Positions 62,394 to 64,000 of a stretch of DNA of 64,000 nt are shown here, one piece after another. This DNA is from Bigelowiella natans CCMP2755 (lineage: Eukaryota > Protista > Cercozoa): contig ADNK01003263.1 of assembly GCA_000320545.1 (NCBI GenBank), positions 1-64,000 on the forward strand. Direction: 5' to 3'. Below the pieces are notes generated by a model. That model saw nothing but the letters and a program-made list of their open reading frames with translations, had not been told where the DNA came from and did no database searches. Every line of letters starts with the position of its first letter. The first letter of the stretch is position 1. The position numbers were made by a program, and so were the translations under genes.

Positions 62394-62631
62394 TCACTGA
62401 CCCCACTGACTCACTGTAGGGTGCTCGAGGAGGAGCATTAATATCAGGCATCGGCAAGTTCTTGCACCATGGAGATCCAAACGTGGAAGCTTTTGTGCGA
62501 AATGTTCTTCAGCGCTCTTGTGTACCGCTCTTCAGGTAGTGGTTGGTGGTAGGAGTAGGAGTAAGAAGAGTACAAAGTATACCAGTAGTAGGTAGTCACT
62601 GATGGTAGAAGTAGGACTGGGACTACGAAGT

Positions 62632-62662
<31 letters not shown>

Positions 62663-63584
62663 TAGTCAGTCAGCCGTCAGTTACTCAGTTGGGACTAATA
62701 AATAAATTAATGAATATAAATAAATCGGTAGATAGAGGCAGAATGTTAACTAAGTTGTGCGTGTGCGTGTGCGTGTGCGTGTGCGTGTGCGTGTGCGTGT
62801 GCGTGTGCGTGTGTGTGCGTGTGTATTGCGATTAACTGAAATGTGTGTCGTCGTCGTCGTTGCCAGGATGATTGCTCAATGGATGTCAGCTGCGGAGCTA
62901 AAGGATCCTTTCCACGAGTAATAATTAGCACTGACTCCCTGCTACTCTTCTTATTATTATTCTTCTAGCAGTCGATGCACTCTGATTGAGATTTTATTGT
63001 TTTCTCCCGCTCTCTCTCTCCCAGATTCTTCGTTACAGCTCGCAAGTCCGTAGGTGTTGATCGGTTGTGGCAAGATCGCTACCGTCTCAACACCAACATG
63101 ATTCCTTTCTTCATCGACAAGAAACTTGCGCATTCTATCCTTAGCGTGGGAAAATCTATAAATTTTATCCAAAACTGTTGTCGCAGCAGCGGCAGCAGCA
63201 ACGGTAGTAGTAGTAGTGATTCCTACTACTACAACAACTATGGCTTTAAAAAGAAGGAAGAAGATGAGGGAGACAACAAAAGTACTAGTATACGTGGTCA
63301 TAAATTAACGCCAGCAGCTACAAATACAGGTAATAATGTAGGGGGACGATGTCACAGTTGTATTAGTATTTTAGTGGTAGTATGGTAATCATGTTGATAA
63401 AGTGTTAATAACAACAATAGGAGGAGGAGGAGGAGGAGGAGGACTTTTTGAGCGGATGATGACTAGGCGTAGAGAGCAGCTTGAAGTGACTGTTTCAGAT
63501 CTGCGTGTGGAAGGCCTTCATAAGCTAACTTTTGCCAACGCTGATAAAACCGGGTGGGTGGATGTTTTGTTGCTGCTCTGGATT

Positions 63585-63617
<33 letters not shown>

Positions 63618-64000
63618 GTAGTTGAATGATATTACAACACACCAGACATCGTATCCTGTAATTTTATCTTGCAGCATCATCAAATAATGCTCTTCCTCTT
63701 CCTCTTCCTCCTTCTCCTCCTCCTCCCTATTATCTATCCATACTGCTGCTGCCTACTGCTGCTGCTGCTGCTGCTACATACGACGACAAACTAAGCAGAT
63801 ATAGCGGACTACGTTCTGTCGTGGATCGAGCGGCTGCTGCAGTGAATTCCAGGCTTATGAGCATAATGCGTACGCGGTTTGGTATACGGAAACACTGTTT
63901 AGCATTGAAGAAGTATCTTTTGTTGGGTCAAGGCGACTTCGTGACAAGATTGCTGGTTGTGTGTTGAGCATGTTGTTGTAGCAGTTGCTATCATGATCCA
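58760..64000 (+). CDS. TUBGCP3: Gamma-tubulin complex component 3 (GCP3/Spc98), 3' end beyond the window
   Basis: Blocks: RIRDEFQIKRNIV (~59290), FEDLFERF...KWALLHLL (~59535), EQQLLRDVVFVLQGIDGQFIKFD (~60480), LVCEGGWLYLRV, GLVEQSFCGALQRELT, LTLRGVYLW, GARGGALIS...HGDP, DPFHE|FFV, LWQDRYRLNTNMIPFFI...ILSVGKSINF, LKKYLLLGQGDF (~63905). Start ATG at 58760 is tentative. Confidence 0.92.

Overview
64-kb window of an intron-rich eukaryotic nuclear genome (protist/algal; a plastid-type OPR protein with a signal-like N-terminus hints at an alga with a complex plastid, e.g. a chlorarachniophyte, but this is inference). Introns are saturated with microsatellites, which produce most ORFs in the track. 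Manual splicing gives, in order: a 5'-truncated type-B carboxylesterase with a C-terminal TM anchor (+), SF3A1/Prp21 (-), an ~18-kb THADA/Trm732 gene (+), YKT6 (+), an unusual bZIP-PB1-UBL-UBL protein (-), an OPR-repeat protein (-), DDX27/Drs1 (+), a possible small membrane-protein gene (-) and a 3'-truncated GCP3/TUBGCP3 (+). The most striking signal is non-genic: every intergenic gap that follows a gene 3' end holds a CTAG-rich island, and in the three strongest the TpA dinucleotide is almost gone except inside CTAG (54096-56714: six TA in ~2.6 kb, all CTAG). A frameshifted ORF relic there has no Tyr and shows Cys/His where Tyr is plausible. This points to a directional, context-specific TA->TG/CA hypermutation system, the reverse of fungal RIP, acting on intergenic or foreign DNA. 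Counts come from manual reading; no database searches were run.
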